Translations under genes and position numbers: made by a program
Source of the DNA: Callorhinchus milii
Lineage: Eukaryota
Direction of reading: 5' to 3'
DNA: 64,000 nucleotides
NCBI RefSeq assembly: GCF_018977255.1
Contig: NW_024704747.1
Span: 19,158,001 to 19,222,000, forward strand
Part shown: positions 1 to 23,442 of the stretch, piece after piece
How positions within the stretch are numbered: position 1 is the first letter of the stretch
Layout: every line of letters begins with the position of its first letter
Notes under the pieces: model-generated
Told to the model about the DNA's origin: nothing
Seen by the model: only the letters and a program-made list of their open reading frames with translations
Databases searched by the model: none

Positions 1-349
1 ATAGAAATGATTTTTAAAAAAATCCAAAAACCTAGTCTTCAGCTGAAAAGGTCCGAGTTGGAATTTGTTAGCCTAAGAAAATGTAACTTTTAAAAATTGA
101 GGTGCAAATTTAACTTTTACTTCAAATCTTAATTACCCTCTACCTCTCCCTCTGGAATTCCATCTTACCAATTCACTTCCTACTTTGAAAACCTGTCTAA
201 ATTCCTATTTTTTCGATCATACGTTCTGTCATCTTTTCCCCAAATTCCCTCCCTAGGTGCAGGCTCCCAGTAGGCTGTTTGAAATGCTTTGAGATGTCTT
301 CCTGACTTGAATGTCACGATATAAATGTAAATTCTTGTTTCTCTTGTAC

Positions 350-470
350 CTTAACTAATTGCAAAGGGAGTCCGGTAGGTGGAGCAGCATCCATATACTT
401 CTTCAGGTCCTGATTAAGAAACTCAAACACAAGGTATAATTTCTTTTCACTGTGGATAACATCCAGCAAC
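350..470 (-). CDS. CDK2: CDK2/3-like exon 3 (121 nt)
   Basis: [27 protein letters not shown]...LVK; TAG acceptor, GT donor. Confidence 0.95.
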
Positions 471-3182
471 CTAGGGGGAAACAAAATCACATTTTAGTTA
501 CAATTTAGTGAGTGAGTGTAATAATTTTCTTGATATTTTGCACTAGAAATATGAGAAATTACCCAAATTCTAATTCTTTATCAAGAATCATAAATAAAGA
601 ACAAAAGAAAGTATTTTTCTCTGAATTACAAAAACAAAATATTGTAGAAAAGTAAATTTGTAGAAAACTAGAAAGATTTCAAGTTTATGATTCCACATTC
701 CTTTTTTATACAAATTATATTCAATGTTAAATTATACTTTAAATTTCAGTGCGGTCCAACCAAATCAAACACAAAATACAAAATACTGAGTTCTGATGAA
801 GGGTCATGTACCTGAAATGTTGACCTACTTTCCTTTCTCTTTAGATGCTGCCTGACTTGCTGAGTTTTCCCAGCGATCTCGGTCTTTGTTTCAGAAACCA
901 AATCAATATTGTTCAAAATGCTCATTGTTTTATGCACTGTCCATTTATAATGAGCAGAAGTACGCATACCTCAATACAGTGTACTTCTGAAAAATGTGAA
1001 ATTAACAATGATCCAAATAGACACTTATGTTTAAAGTGCTATGGAAGTGACTGTTCAAATAGACCAACCAGGTAACAACGCATATGCTAGGTAAAAGGAC
1101 TTCCTGTAGGAGTTATTACAAACTGCCTCTGTGATAAGATAATACTGTACAGTACTTTTCTAGTTTCTACCATTTTGATGGTATATATATTCACTGATTC
1201 TCTTGCAGTCTCAACATCAAGCTCTACTATAAATACAAGTACTTTGTTGCTCTCCACAAGTTTATACTCCAGACTTGACCTGATTCAGTGGGTTAATGAG
1301 CAAAAGAAGCATTTGTTACTTTCAATCTCTGATGTTAACTAAACAAAACAAGCAGTTTATCAATGATAGTTCCCCAACTATAAGCAACCTCTAAAGTAAA
1401 TTGAAGGTCATTCACAAAGGCTGCATAATGTACATTAATATTAATTATAATGATAAACTAGTTTAGAGATGTATTTTGACTGTTCACAACATAATTAAAA
1501 AAAACTTCTGATCTTACATAAAACTAAAATAAATTTCTTACTTCACAATGTTTCGATGATTCAACTCTTTCAACAAGGATATTTCTCGAATAGCAGTACT
1601 GGGCACTCCTTCCATTTCGCTGTAGGTTTTTTTAAAAAAATGTAAATACTCCTAGTTTATAAGCTGGGTAAAGTATATAATATAAATTACAATTTGAATC
1701 AGGTCACGCTTGCTATGTGACTTTCATACCAGAATTGACGTCATATCCATACCGCCAAATCTTATTGATGAATATCTTTGATGTCTCACCATTGCCAATT
1801 CAGCCCCTGCAAGACCCCACATAACCTCTTTCCAAAGAGGATATTTTTTGTAAATGATATTGGTAAATTAAGATCTTTCACAGAACCTTCCTGGACTTGA
1901 GATGTGTCTATTTGTCCATTTAACCTATGCTCAGCTCTTAAAAACTGGTGTGGAAATCTATGCTACTGGCTAACTGCTTAGTACAGATCTATTACAAATT
2001 ACTTGATACTAACTGTTAATTAACCATGCTTAAATGTTTGAAATTTAAGAGCTGAACCAGTTTTAACTCTTAAAACTGGCCATGTGAATGTTGTACACAA
2101 AATGAGTGGGAACATATTTATTTACTTTTTTTATGTAAAATATTATTATCTCTAAGGCAAGGAATTGAATAATTACATCAAGTGTGAACGCAATTCTTTG
2201 TTTCAAATAGTCAACCAAACCTTGAGAAGAGATTATTCTGTTTAAATACAGATAATGCCATTTTTGGTGTCAACCAAACCTTGAGAAGAGATTATTCTGT
2301 TTAAATACAGATAATGCCATTTTTTTAACAAAAACGTTTCAGTTTTAGATAAAAGCTTTACTGTGCAGATCAGTTTCGTGCCAACAAGGAAGGTTATTTC
2401 CGGACACTGGGAATTATTGTGTTCCACATACTTGTTATGTAACAATAATCTGAGCACAATATGATTGACAATATTGGTGTCCTGCATGGAAGTGTATCAA
2501 GAAATGATCTGCAGACATGGACATGTGTGTGCCTCAAATTCCAGTCTCTTCTAAGTTACTAATCACATTTGGGGTAACAGCTGCGGCCCTACAATTAAAA
2601 GTGGGACTATCAGACAAGGATCCTGACTGCAATCCAAAACTTCCTACTGGAAGGTGGTGTTGTGAGGCTATTAGATGAGGGCAGGATCAGGCCAAACGAC
2701 ATTGCTCCCTGCCACCCCCCCCAACACCCCCCAACACCCCTCAAAAGATCGAAAAGACTGCCAATATTTGCATATAAATGATTGCCACTTTATAAGAATT
2801 AGGTATAGCTCCTGATGTCTCAAAGCACTTCACAGGAGATACTGTAAATTGTAATGCCTTTGGGATTTAGTGGGTAAAGGCAGCAGCAACTGAGAGAAAG
2901 AAGCTGTTGCTGCAGCTGCTGCGTTTCGCCGAAAAATAGTCAACCCACTTCACAGTGCACTTCTACTGGGAAGAGCTTCGAGACATCTGGCGACGTGATA
3001 AGGCGCTTTATCAAATGGCACGTATTATTATTATTATTATTTATTATTATCATCATCATCACTCACGCATCCAGACGTATCTTCTTGAGAGCCACCATCT
3101 CTCCCGTGGTTTTATTCATAGCTTTGTAAACCACCCCATAGGTGCCCTCTCCGATCTTCTCCACTTTCTGGAAGTTATCCAT
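350..3182 (-). CDS. CDK2: CDK2/CDK3-family cyclin-dependent kinase, exons 1-3 (gene continues beyond the left edge)
   Basis: Exons 3067-3182, 1542-1619 and 350-470, all GT-AG, give [105 protein letters not shown], with GEGTYG loop, VALK and PSTAIRE. Family is certain; CDK2 versus CDK3 versus another paralog is not, so the symbol is provisional. Confidence 0.9.
790..893. repeat. fragment of a dispersed repeat typical of cartilaginous fish genomes
   Basis: TCTGATGAAGGGTC...GAAATGTTGAC...AGATGCTGCCTGACTTGCTGAG...CCAGC resembles, from memory, an abundant chondrichthyan retroelement-derived repeat; class not verified. Confidence 0.5.
1542..1619 (-). CDS. CDK2: CDK2/3-like exon 2 (78 nt)
   Basis: [25 protein letters not shown]; AG acceptor, GTAAG donor. 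Confidence 0.95.
2210..2325. repeat. tandem duplication, period 59 nt, 2 copies
   Basis: GTCAACCAAACCTTGAGAAGAGATTATTCTGTTTAAATACAGATAATGCCATTTTT begins at 2210 and again at 2269. Confidence 0.9.
3067..3182 (-). CDS. CDK2: CDK2/3-like exon 1 (116 nt)
   Basis: ATG at 3182; [21 protein letters not shown]...KIRLD; donor GTGAGT. Confidence 0.95.
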
Positions 3183-3199
3183 GGTGTGTTCCCTCGGGC

Positions 3200-3960
3200 T
3201 GGCCAGGCGGGGGGGGGGGGGGGGGGGGGCAATTAAACCAATCCAACTGCCACTGATACTGGTACTAACTCGCCAACCTCCCACCCGCGAAAAAAAATAA
3301 AAGTCTCACAGCACTTCACAACACTTATACCGGAGAGGAAACGCGCTGAACCGCCGTCAACCCCGGGACTCGCTGAGCCAGAGAGAGAGAGAGAGAGAGA
3401 GCGCCAGGGAGGAGATGCCCGAGGTGGCCGCCGCCGTTGGCAGAACACGTTCACTGTCACCCCCCCACCCCGCGAGCTCCGGCACCCAACTGTCACCCTC
3501 ACCCCCCACCACCACACCCACCCCCCGCGAGCTCGGACACCCAACTGTCACCCTCCCGCCCCCCGCGAGCTCCGACACCCGACTGTCACCTTCAGCACGA
3601 GCTCAGACTCTTTATCAGTGACGTGCCCCGGCGTGGCCTCACGGTCCCTTCACGAGCCCCTCGCGTGCCGGTGCCCCCTGACCCCGCCCCACCCCCCCCC
3701 CCCAACCGTCGCCCACGCGCCCGGTGACTCAGTTTGCCCGCCTTTCACCCGCACCGGGGCTTCCCATTGGTGGCAGCGGAGTCGAAAGCCCCGCCCCCCT
3801 CGCAGGTCAGACGGCGCGCGACTGGTGCCCGAGGCAACGGGGACCGGAGGCTCCGACACCGGAGGGCGGCGGCTGCACAGCAGATGGGGGGGTACAGCGC
3901 CACCGCAGCCTCACCCGGACCGCATTCCTCTATTCCCCGGTTGGAGGGAGGGAGGGAGGG
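3200..3960 (-). promoter_or_regulatory. CpG-island promoter / 5' region of the CDK gene
   Basis: GC- and CpG-rich block directly upstream of the ATG; CCAAT (ATTGG ~3766), GC box CCCCGCCCC ~3789, E2F-like TTTTCGCGGG on - at ~3284-3293. Confidence 0.7.
3454..3610. repeat. 4 degenerate tandem units CTGTCACC...CGAGCTC(C)GRCACCC
   Basis: Units begin at about 3454, 3490, 3545 and 3583. Confidence 0.8.
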
Positions 3961-6953
3961 GTTGGGGGGGGCAGAAGGACAGCGAGAAAACAGTTGGTGT
4001 AGGTTTTCATTCGTAAGACTGTGACTGAAGGGCCCACAGATCACTTACTGGCCATCAGGTCACCTGGTGACAGGTGGTCAGTCTGCACTAACTCGGGTCA
4101 AACCAACACTGGGCAACTTGCTGTCGAGGAAACAGGCAGCCAGAGGGTGCCAACTGTTAACAGGCACATCCACTGACAGGATCTCAGTTACTGCAAACAC
4201 AGTATTTTGTGGAATTATGTTAAAGCACCGACTTACATGGTTTCTTTAGACGGAGATTTGCCCTTTTTTTAAAAAAAAGAGTAGATCTGGAACTGTTTTC
4301 ATGCACTAAGCATTAATGAGGTAGAACCACTGCTAACTGTATATTTCTCCCCGGACGTGGTGTCAAAGAAAGATAAATTATCAGGTTAGGGGTACACGCA
4401 AGTCCCCTGGGTGAGATTTTCTGGTCTGTACACTTACGGACAGTAGTTACAGTTAATAATAATTCTTGCATTTGATATAGCACCTCATCACATCGTGGAG
4501 ACGTCTCAAAGCGTTTCACGGAATTTACTATAAAGTGAATCGACTATTTTGTGAGTGAAACACCTGACTTATAATGGGGAGAAATCCCATTTTAAACATT
4601 ATAAATGCTGCTAAGATGAGTAATTGTTCAGTGGAATCTCCCAAGCTCTTCTGTCCATAGGGCAAAAAATTGGGTTAGCTGTGACTTTGGCACAAGTTTC
4701 ACTACAGCTCTTAGATTGCAACACGGATGATCGGTTATTGAATCAACATCCCAGTTGGTTTGCAGAAAAACTTGAGCCTTGGTTTTAATAAAAACATAAG
4801 TACATCTTTTGGTAGTTGTTTTTTAAACATATACAAATGTACAATAAAAGCACTCCCATATTTGGTAATAACTTCCAGTTTTCTCTTTTCAATATCAGAA
4901 CCACAATCAGTGATCTGCCACCATTGACTTCATTAGTCCTTTTGTTTCTAATCACAAATCGTGACCATTTGTTCTGTCTAATAAAAATCTTTTCATACAT
5001 TTTAAAATCCTAAATCGAGCTAGTTCAAGTTTTGTCAAAGTATGAGTTTCTCTTTACACACGTTACGATATATAAAAAATGCTTATGGTGGATTTGCAAA
5101 ATGCACATCGTTTCTTGTTGATTCGGAATTGGTAATGCTCACTGGCAGGGACAAGATCCGAACCAGCTTGGGACACGATACACATTGGCTAATTTTTCTT
5201 TAGATCACCCACACTCATAATTTGCTTTTTTAAAAAACTACTTTGCGTATTCAAATTATTCTACAACTGTCATTTAGTGATTTCAACAGTGAAAATATAT
5301 TGGCATTCCAAAAGTTGCCTTAACAGACCATAACAGTTTTTATTTAACCATATATACAAAACAAGACAAAATTGTATTTTGCGTTTTAGAACGTTCACTT
5401 TCCACGTGAAAAACCTTTTCTGAGTAACATTTGCTTGCAATTTTGCTTCGGTCAAAAATTATGGGAAAACAGTAAACTCTTCCAACAGCAGAAATCTAAA
5501 CCTACACAATGGACTGAATTTGGAAAGATAGAAATACAATTCTTTGAGAAACCATGAATAACATTGGATTGTACTGATCCAATAGATCTTCCCCTCTCCC
5601 CACCCAGTCTGTAACTCTATAACACACAAACTAACAACAAACACATTTGTATCCTTCAGTTTTGAATGGATGGCATTTGACATCCATTGTTTTAACTCTT
5701 TGGGTTTAACATTTAAACTTTAAACTGTATTAGGCATATAACCATCAACTTAAGTATGCACCAAAGGATATAACCAAACCAAAAGTACTGGGAGCTTCTT
5801 CCATTTGAAGGATGATGTTAAAATGCCCAATCGATGCTCAGACGTTCTAATATCAGTCTGGTTTCAAATATACAGTAGTTGCAGATTGACCAGTGGAACT
5901 TTTGTTGCTATTTTGAGCAGATAGATCCTGACATAAAATCTATCCATTGCCTCAAAAGTTCAGTCTTAATGTCATTTTATAGTTTAGCCTTCAAGCTTTA
6001 AACACATTACACTGCATTTTAAACTTGTTGGACAATCCAGTTGGAGGGAGGCTTGGAGTCAATTGAAAATATGTGCACGAGATGTGTTGGTCATCCTGCC
6101 TTGGTTTGAATACAATGTTTTTCCCTCTACATTTTAGTCCATAAAGTGTATGAATGGTCAGTTTACAACATTATTGCCATATTTACCACCACTTGCATAA
6201 ACAATCTTTCTGCATGACACATTTTCCCACTGTAGAATGTACAGTAACTAATTACTTTTGTTGACATCGAGGTCAATACATTCCAACAAAAGAGGTTTTT
6301 GTTATTTCTGTTGACATTTTAGGTGAAAACAGGTTAAACCAAAAATCACATTGAAATATCTGAGCTAAATAATGTTGCATTTGCACATTTCATGAGATGA
6401 CGCATTCTATTGCATCAAATGACACAGTCCGTTTCATCAGATGTTACAGGGACACTTGCATTGCAGCTTGTGGTTATGTTCGATAACACCTTCAAGAAAC
6501 AATAGTCTGAAATAAAGTGACCCTGACCTATCCAGCTGTTGGCTGAAATCAAACAAACAAGAGTCAATCAAACAAAATAAAATCCCTAAACACCACATTT
6601 TCAACAAAAAGACAGTTGGGGAGAAAATCTGAAGGCCATCATTCTTTTTTGGAAGATGAACACTGAAAATTATTTGTTCACAAATGTCAACATGTTTGAG
6701 ACACCTGGTCAGTGTTGATATCTGAACATGGCCAATATCAGGATTTTTTTTAAATTATAGTTTTTTTTTGGGGGGAGAGGGCAAGATTGGAAAGTTAATT
6801 AAGTGGGAAAAATATATAGTGTTGTGTAAACACACACAAATATAAGCAATTCCCTGCCACCAAGCAAATTCAACATTAGAAATCTCAGATAATAAATAAA
6901 GCCACAGATTAAATTTAATTATCAAATAGAAGGCTGCTTTATTTCGGTTTACA

Positions 6954-18296
<11,343 letters not shown>

Positions 18297-18882
18297 CGCT
18301 CGCTCTCTCCCTCTCTCTTTTCTGGCCCTTCTCGGGTTGCAGGCGATGCGAGTGAGCGAACCGACGAACGGAAGGACGGACGGCAGCGACCGGCGGGAGC
18401 AGCGCCCCCCACAGGCGGCCTTTCCTCAAGCCCCGACTGAGGAGGAGGAGGAGGGGGGAGGAGGGGTGGGGGGGGGTGGGAGCTGCTCCTCAACCAAACA
18501 CGTTGCTCCACTCAACTGGAGGCTGTAACAGTTCTCTCTCGTTCCTCCTCCTCCTCCTCCTCTCTGTTACTCTCCACCCCCTCTCCCCTCTCTCTCTCTT
18601 TCCACACACACACATTTGCGTTACGCAGATCTTTCGTTTTAACACATCATTCGCAAAAAAGAGCATCTTCCAACAATGCAACACCCACCCACCCACTGCC
18701 CTGGAAATGTCACCCAGACCTGAACCCACAAACCTCTGATTCAGAGGTAAAAGTGCTACTCACAAAGCCAGACTGACACCTCCCTGAACCACCCTCCCTC
18801 CCTCCCTAACTTTTGGGGTTGTCAGGCTGATGCAATCATTGTAACATCATTATAATAATAATAATAATCCTTGCATTTGATA

Positions 18883-19196
18883 TAATAATAATAATACTTG
18901 CATTTGATATAGCGCTTTTCACGTCGGGAGGACGTCCCAAAGCGCTTCACAGAACACACTGTAAAGTGAATTGACTGGATATTTGTGGGCGAACGCGGCA
19001 GCCAATTGCGCACAGCAATGTCCCACAAACAGTCGTAGATTGAAAATGACCAATTTATTATTGTTTTGTTTTGGAGGGATTATTATTAGGCTCTGTGTGG
19101 AGTAAGGAAACTTGCCCAAGGTTTCGTCCTGCCTGGAGTTGAACCCAGGTGTCTCGCTTGCAAAGCAAGTGCTCTAACCACTGAGCTACAGGACTC
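18883..19196 (-). mobile_element. full-length tRNA-Ala-headed SINE nested in an older SINE tail
   Basis: Reverse complement of the 13371 element; host tail split between ...GCATTTGATATA (~18882) and ATATAGCGCTTTTCACG (~19200). Confidence 0.9.
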
Positions 19197-19564
19197 TGAA
19201 TATAGCGCTTTTCACGTCGTTCTCGACGTCCCAAAGCACTTCACACATTACCGCTGAACTCTTTGATTTGCATTTCAGGCATTCTGTGAGAACGTTTCAG
19301 CGATATCTACGAAAAGCAGTAGGTGACGAAATGATAGTTATGTTACATTTTAAAAGAAATCCAACTCTGGGCAATGTTTTGTCTTGCAACAATTTTCGCT
19401 TCGTTACATTTATTTTTATGTTCGTTTCAATGTGAAAATCTTGTTTCATGGAAAATAAGAATGCATAAAATCTTATCACGATTTGATTTGTAAATCTATG
19501 CCAAACTAGCATTGTTCTATTGAGCTCCACATCGCCTGGCGAGAAAACACACCATCCAGTCCAG

Positions 19565-19860
19565 CAGCACTGGGCCATACAGGATGCAAGCTTGGATCAC
19601 GTTTGCACAGGGATCCCAATTTGTGTGGCGTTAGCTGGTCTCAACTGAGCTAGCAGTTGTGGCTCTATATATAGTTGACCTTAGTGGAATCAAAAATTAA
19701 TAGTTCCCACTCCTAATAATTATGCAGTGACCCCTTCTGGTTAGTGTACGTTTGTGGTCTTCAAGTGAGGAGAGGTTCAGTTTAACTGTGATACACCACA
19801 CATTGGTGCAATAGAAAACCTCATACACAAAAAAAAAATCCATTTTGCCAAGGCATCAGA
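19565..19860 (+). repeat. old unclassified interspersed repeat
   Basis: Diverged similarity (TTAGCTGATCTCAGC...CAGTGACCCCT.CTGG...GTGAGG..AGG) to ~2570-2790, ~13720-13950, ~32020-32260 and ~55620-55800. Confidence 0.5.
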
Positions 19861-20074
19861 GTACACACTGCAAAATCATAACCTACTGTGTCAGCTCCTG
19901 TAGAAAAGATTTTTTTAAAATCCGATTTTTCAAGAGACATGCTTGCTCATACATTTGAAATGCAAACTATTTGCAGGTAGATTCATTCATTTTGCTTTAA
20001 AAATGGAATTTATTTTGATGTAGCGTGCTGTAAATGATAAGCATCACCACCGACATCACTATTTTTTGACAATA

Positions 20075-20340
20075 AATAATAATAATTCTTACATCTGATA
20101 TAGCTCCTTTCATGCCGGGAGAAACTCCTTTCTCTTTTCGAGTAGTGCCGTGGAATCTTTTAACGTCTACCACAACAAGCGGTCAGGGCCTCCCGTTGCA
20201 CGTCTCGAGCGACAATGCAGCACTTCCCCAGCACTGCGTTGGAAGTGTCAGCCAAGGCTAAACAGGTTCAAAGTTCCTCTCCGGGGCTTGAACCCACAAC
20301 CTTCTGACTCAGAGGCGAAGGTGCTGCCAACCGAGCCCGG
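20075..20340 (-). mobile_element. Deu-domain SINE (internally deleted) with tRNA-derived head
   Basis: Head (reverse complement) GGTTGGCAGCACCTTCGCCTCTGAGTCAGAAGGTTGTGGGTTCAAGCCCC, part of the Deu core and tail. Confidence 0.75.
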
Positions 20341-20699
20341 CTGCTGCATGGCGCTTCCTCTTAACGTGTCCCTGGGAGTTGACAGACCCGCAGGAGACTC
20401 GGAAATCTGAATCCATATCTTTTTTAACCCTACATCTCCCTCCCTCGGTCCCTTAGCTGCACTACCCCCCCCTCCAACCCCCACCCCCCCACTGGTCTGG
20501 TAGTGCTGACTGACAGCACAGCTGGACAGGGACTTTTTGTCTTTGAATCTCCCTCCTGGGCTCTTCGAACCATTTTATTTAAACCTTTTCTTTAAAAGAC
20601 TTAAGTCTTTGTCTGTCCCCCCCACCCCCACCCCCTCATCCCCTCCCCCTCCACCATCACCACACACAACACAATCCCTGGTGCTGACAGCTGAGCAGG

Positions 20700-21250
20700 A
20701 GGTCCTCCCAGTGGCTGACAGCTCGCGGGGTGGGGGCTCCTCTTGCCTCGACTCCTCTCCTCGGCGCTCCGATCTGCGCAGCCGCAGCAACGGAAAAGTG
20801 AGGTACCGAAGCGGGGGAGCCGCGGCCTCCCGCCCTCCCGCCCGCCCGCCCCTCCCTCCCTCCCGCCCTCCCCTCCCGCCCTGTAAACACGGTCAGGCTC
20901 GCGAGCCGCAGGTAAGAAGAAGGCGGCGGCGGCCGGCGGTGTGAGTCGGGCCTGGTTGCCATGGAGAAGCGCGGAGTCCCTGCTGAGGCGGCCGCGGTCC
21001 CGCCGAATGATAAGCAGCTCCTCCCCGCCCCCACCTCCGCCATCATCACCATCACCATCATCATCATCATCCAGGGGGCACAGCAGCATCGGCTTGATCC
21101 AGGCCTCTCTCTCTCTCTCTCTCTCACACTCACTGAGTCAGAGTTCAGCAATCAACCCGACAATTCGTCGAATTATCCTTCCCCCCTCCCCCCTCCCCCC
21201 CCCCCCCTGAGCCGTGAACCCGAGGCCCGTCCCCAGGTGGGCGTTTCAAG
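20700..21250 (+). promoter_or_regulatory. TBCCD1: CpG-island promoter and probable non-coding exon 1 of TBCCD1, head-to-head with DNAJB11
   Basis: CpG-rich; strong donors CAG/GTAAGA (20912) and GT/GTGAGT (20941); the first coding exon starts at an acceptor only 2-5 nt before the ATG, so an upstream exon is required. Confidence 0.65.
20955..20968. promoter_or_regulatory. RFX X-box-like motif GTTGCCATGGAGAA
   Basis: Perfect GTTGCCATGG half-site, degenerate second half; TBCCD1 is a centriole/basal-body gene. Confidence 0.45.
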
Positions 21251-21421
21251 GTCCCCAAAGCACTATTCGAAAAGAGAAGGGAATTATTTCTCCGAACAAA
21301 TCTCCCAAATAAAACGGGCCATTCGCTCCACGCGGCTGTTGGTGGGGCACTGCTGCGGGCAACCGGCTGCTGCGTTTCGCCCACGTAATGCACAAGTCAA
21401 CCCGCTTCACAGTATATCCTT

Positions 21422-21750
21422 TATAATAATAATAACAATAATAATCCTTGCATTTGATACAGCGCTTTTCACGTCGGGAGGACGTCCCAAAGCGCTTCAC
21501 AAAACACACTGTAAAGTGAATTGACTGTATATTTGTGGGCGAACGCGGCAGCCAATTGCGCACAGCAATGTCCCACAAACAGTCGTAGATTGAAAATGAC
21601 CAATTTATTATTGTTTTTGGTTTTGGAGGGATTATTATTAGGCTCTGTGTGGAGTAAGGAAACTTGCCCAAGGTTTCGCCCTGACCTGGAATTGAACTCA
21701 GGTCTCTCGCTTGCAAAGCGAATGCTCTAACCACTGAGCTAAAGGACTCC
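21422..21750 (-). mobile_element. full-length tRNA-Ala-headed SINE inserted into a + strand Deu-SINE (~21245-21815)
   Basis: Near-identical to 18883-19196; host reads CACAGTATATCCT | TTGAAGCGCTTTGAGACG across the insertion. Confidence 0.9.
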
Positions 21751-22434
21751 TTTGAAGCGCTTTGAGACGTCCTTTCCACATGATAAGGGGTTTTACTAAA
21801 CGCAAAGATTCTTCTTGTTAATTTCCGAGTGCACTGACTGCTACCCAAATAAGAGTACGACTAGACCCAAAGGGGAATCTGAACACTCAGTTCACCCCTT
21901 TCTCTCCCCCTGGCCCCGCAGCACTCTGAAAGTTATAATCCTAAAGGGAGCAAATTTACTCCCGTCAGTGACATTCCTAACATTGAGTCGGGAGATCTGA
22001 GCTGCGTGTGGTGATATAGTATATATATCACTGCTATGCATATGCCACAAGTCAAGATGCAACTTCCAGCTATTAGCACTTCAAATGCCCTACATTTCTG
22101 TGTTTTTATATATAGGAATACACTTTAAAGCTTCACATACCAAACATTTAGAGAAAATGTGGTTAATACATATAAAACTATTTACTGGCTTAAGATGTTA
22201 TTTTCCTAAAATAACTTTTTTTTGGTGTTCTGCTATTTAAGAGAATATTCACTGAAAGAGTAGGTTGTTTGATTCTGCATCATGTGGCAGGGGAGAATTG
22301 GCTGAAGCCATGAGATAGAACACAATTAGAACAAAAAATAATTACCTAACCTTCCATTGATTCTCTTAAATGTAAACCGAAGTTTATGACTCAATTCGTC
22401 TGCCTCATCCCCACTTTATTTAATTGTGGGCCTT

Positions 22435-22955
22435 CCCAACTCTTCCCTCCGCAAGCTGCAAATCTCTGCAGCTCTCTAACACCAGGTTCCGTGACCCCAT
22501 CACACTCACCCTCGCCCGGCTCCACTAGCGTCCCATCCCTCAGAGGATCGAGTTCAAAATTCTCGTCCTCACCTTCAAGACCCTCCATGGCTTTGCCCTC
22601 TCCAACTTGCTAGTCCCTTATCAACCTGTCCGCTCCCTCCGCTCAGCAGGCTCCGGCCTGTTCCATGCATGCCGCCCAGCCTGTCCCACCATCCGTGGTC
22701 AGCCCTTCAGCCTCTCTGACCCCATCCTCTGGAACTCCATCCCACATTCCTTCGCCTCGCTCCCTCCTTGGCCTCCTTCAAGGCATGCCTCAAGGCCCTC
22801 CCCTTCTACCATACCTTTGGCCAGCCTCCTGCCCTCCCTGCCCTCCACCCTCCCTGATCCCAACCCCCGCCCCATCCCCAGACCTAACTCCTAAATGTTC
22901 AGCACCTTGGGACGTCCTCTTGATATGAAAGGCGCTTTACTAGTGTAATTTTGTA
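22435..22955 (+). mobile_element. L2-clade LINE 3' fragment
   Basis: Degenerate ORF2 C-terminus (RIEFKILVLTFKTLHG; PYQPVRSLRSAGSGL; LWNSIP) plus 3' tail. Confidence 0.85.
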
Positions 22956-23106
22956 CTGTATCTAGAAATCTCTCTTTAAAACGTAACCTCTTAGACCTAT
23001 GGTCACATCCTGCATGAAGGGCACAATATAAATGCAAGTTGTTGTACTTTCTATTAGTATTACGTTTGTATTTTGTGAATTAAAATACATTTTCTTTTTA
23101 GTAGAT

Positions 23107-23442
23107 ATGGAGCAGCCAAATGTCCGCCTTTGGGTAAAATATGAAACCTTCATTGTTGGGGTCTTACAAATCCCACCTCCTTCAAAATTCAGCATGCACT
23201 ACCTTCGAAAGATGGCAACGTACGTTCGAACAAAGACAGCAGATGGGAGCTATCCCAGACTCTCTTGGCTCATGTGGAGACACATTGCTTGTGGAAAGTT
23301 GCAGTTGGCTGAGAATTTGGCCTGGATGTATTTTGAAACCTTTGATAGCCTTCTTGACAAAACTGCGGAGGAAAGGCTGGAGTGGGCTGAAGCTGCGTCT
23401 CATTGCAGGTCGCATGAGGAAATTGAAAAACTGAGAAACAAG
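23107..23442 (+). CDS. TBCCD1: TBCCD1 coding exon 1 (GC donor)
   Basis: MEQPNVRLWVK...EEIEKLRNK; donor AAG/GCATGG. Confidence 0.9.

Noticed and set aside
20961-21524. 187-aa ORF with a strong Kozak ATG in the TBCCD1 CpG island
   Set aside because: Runs through microsatellites and SINE sequence; the ATG lies within the X-box-like motif, in the probable intron.
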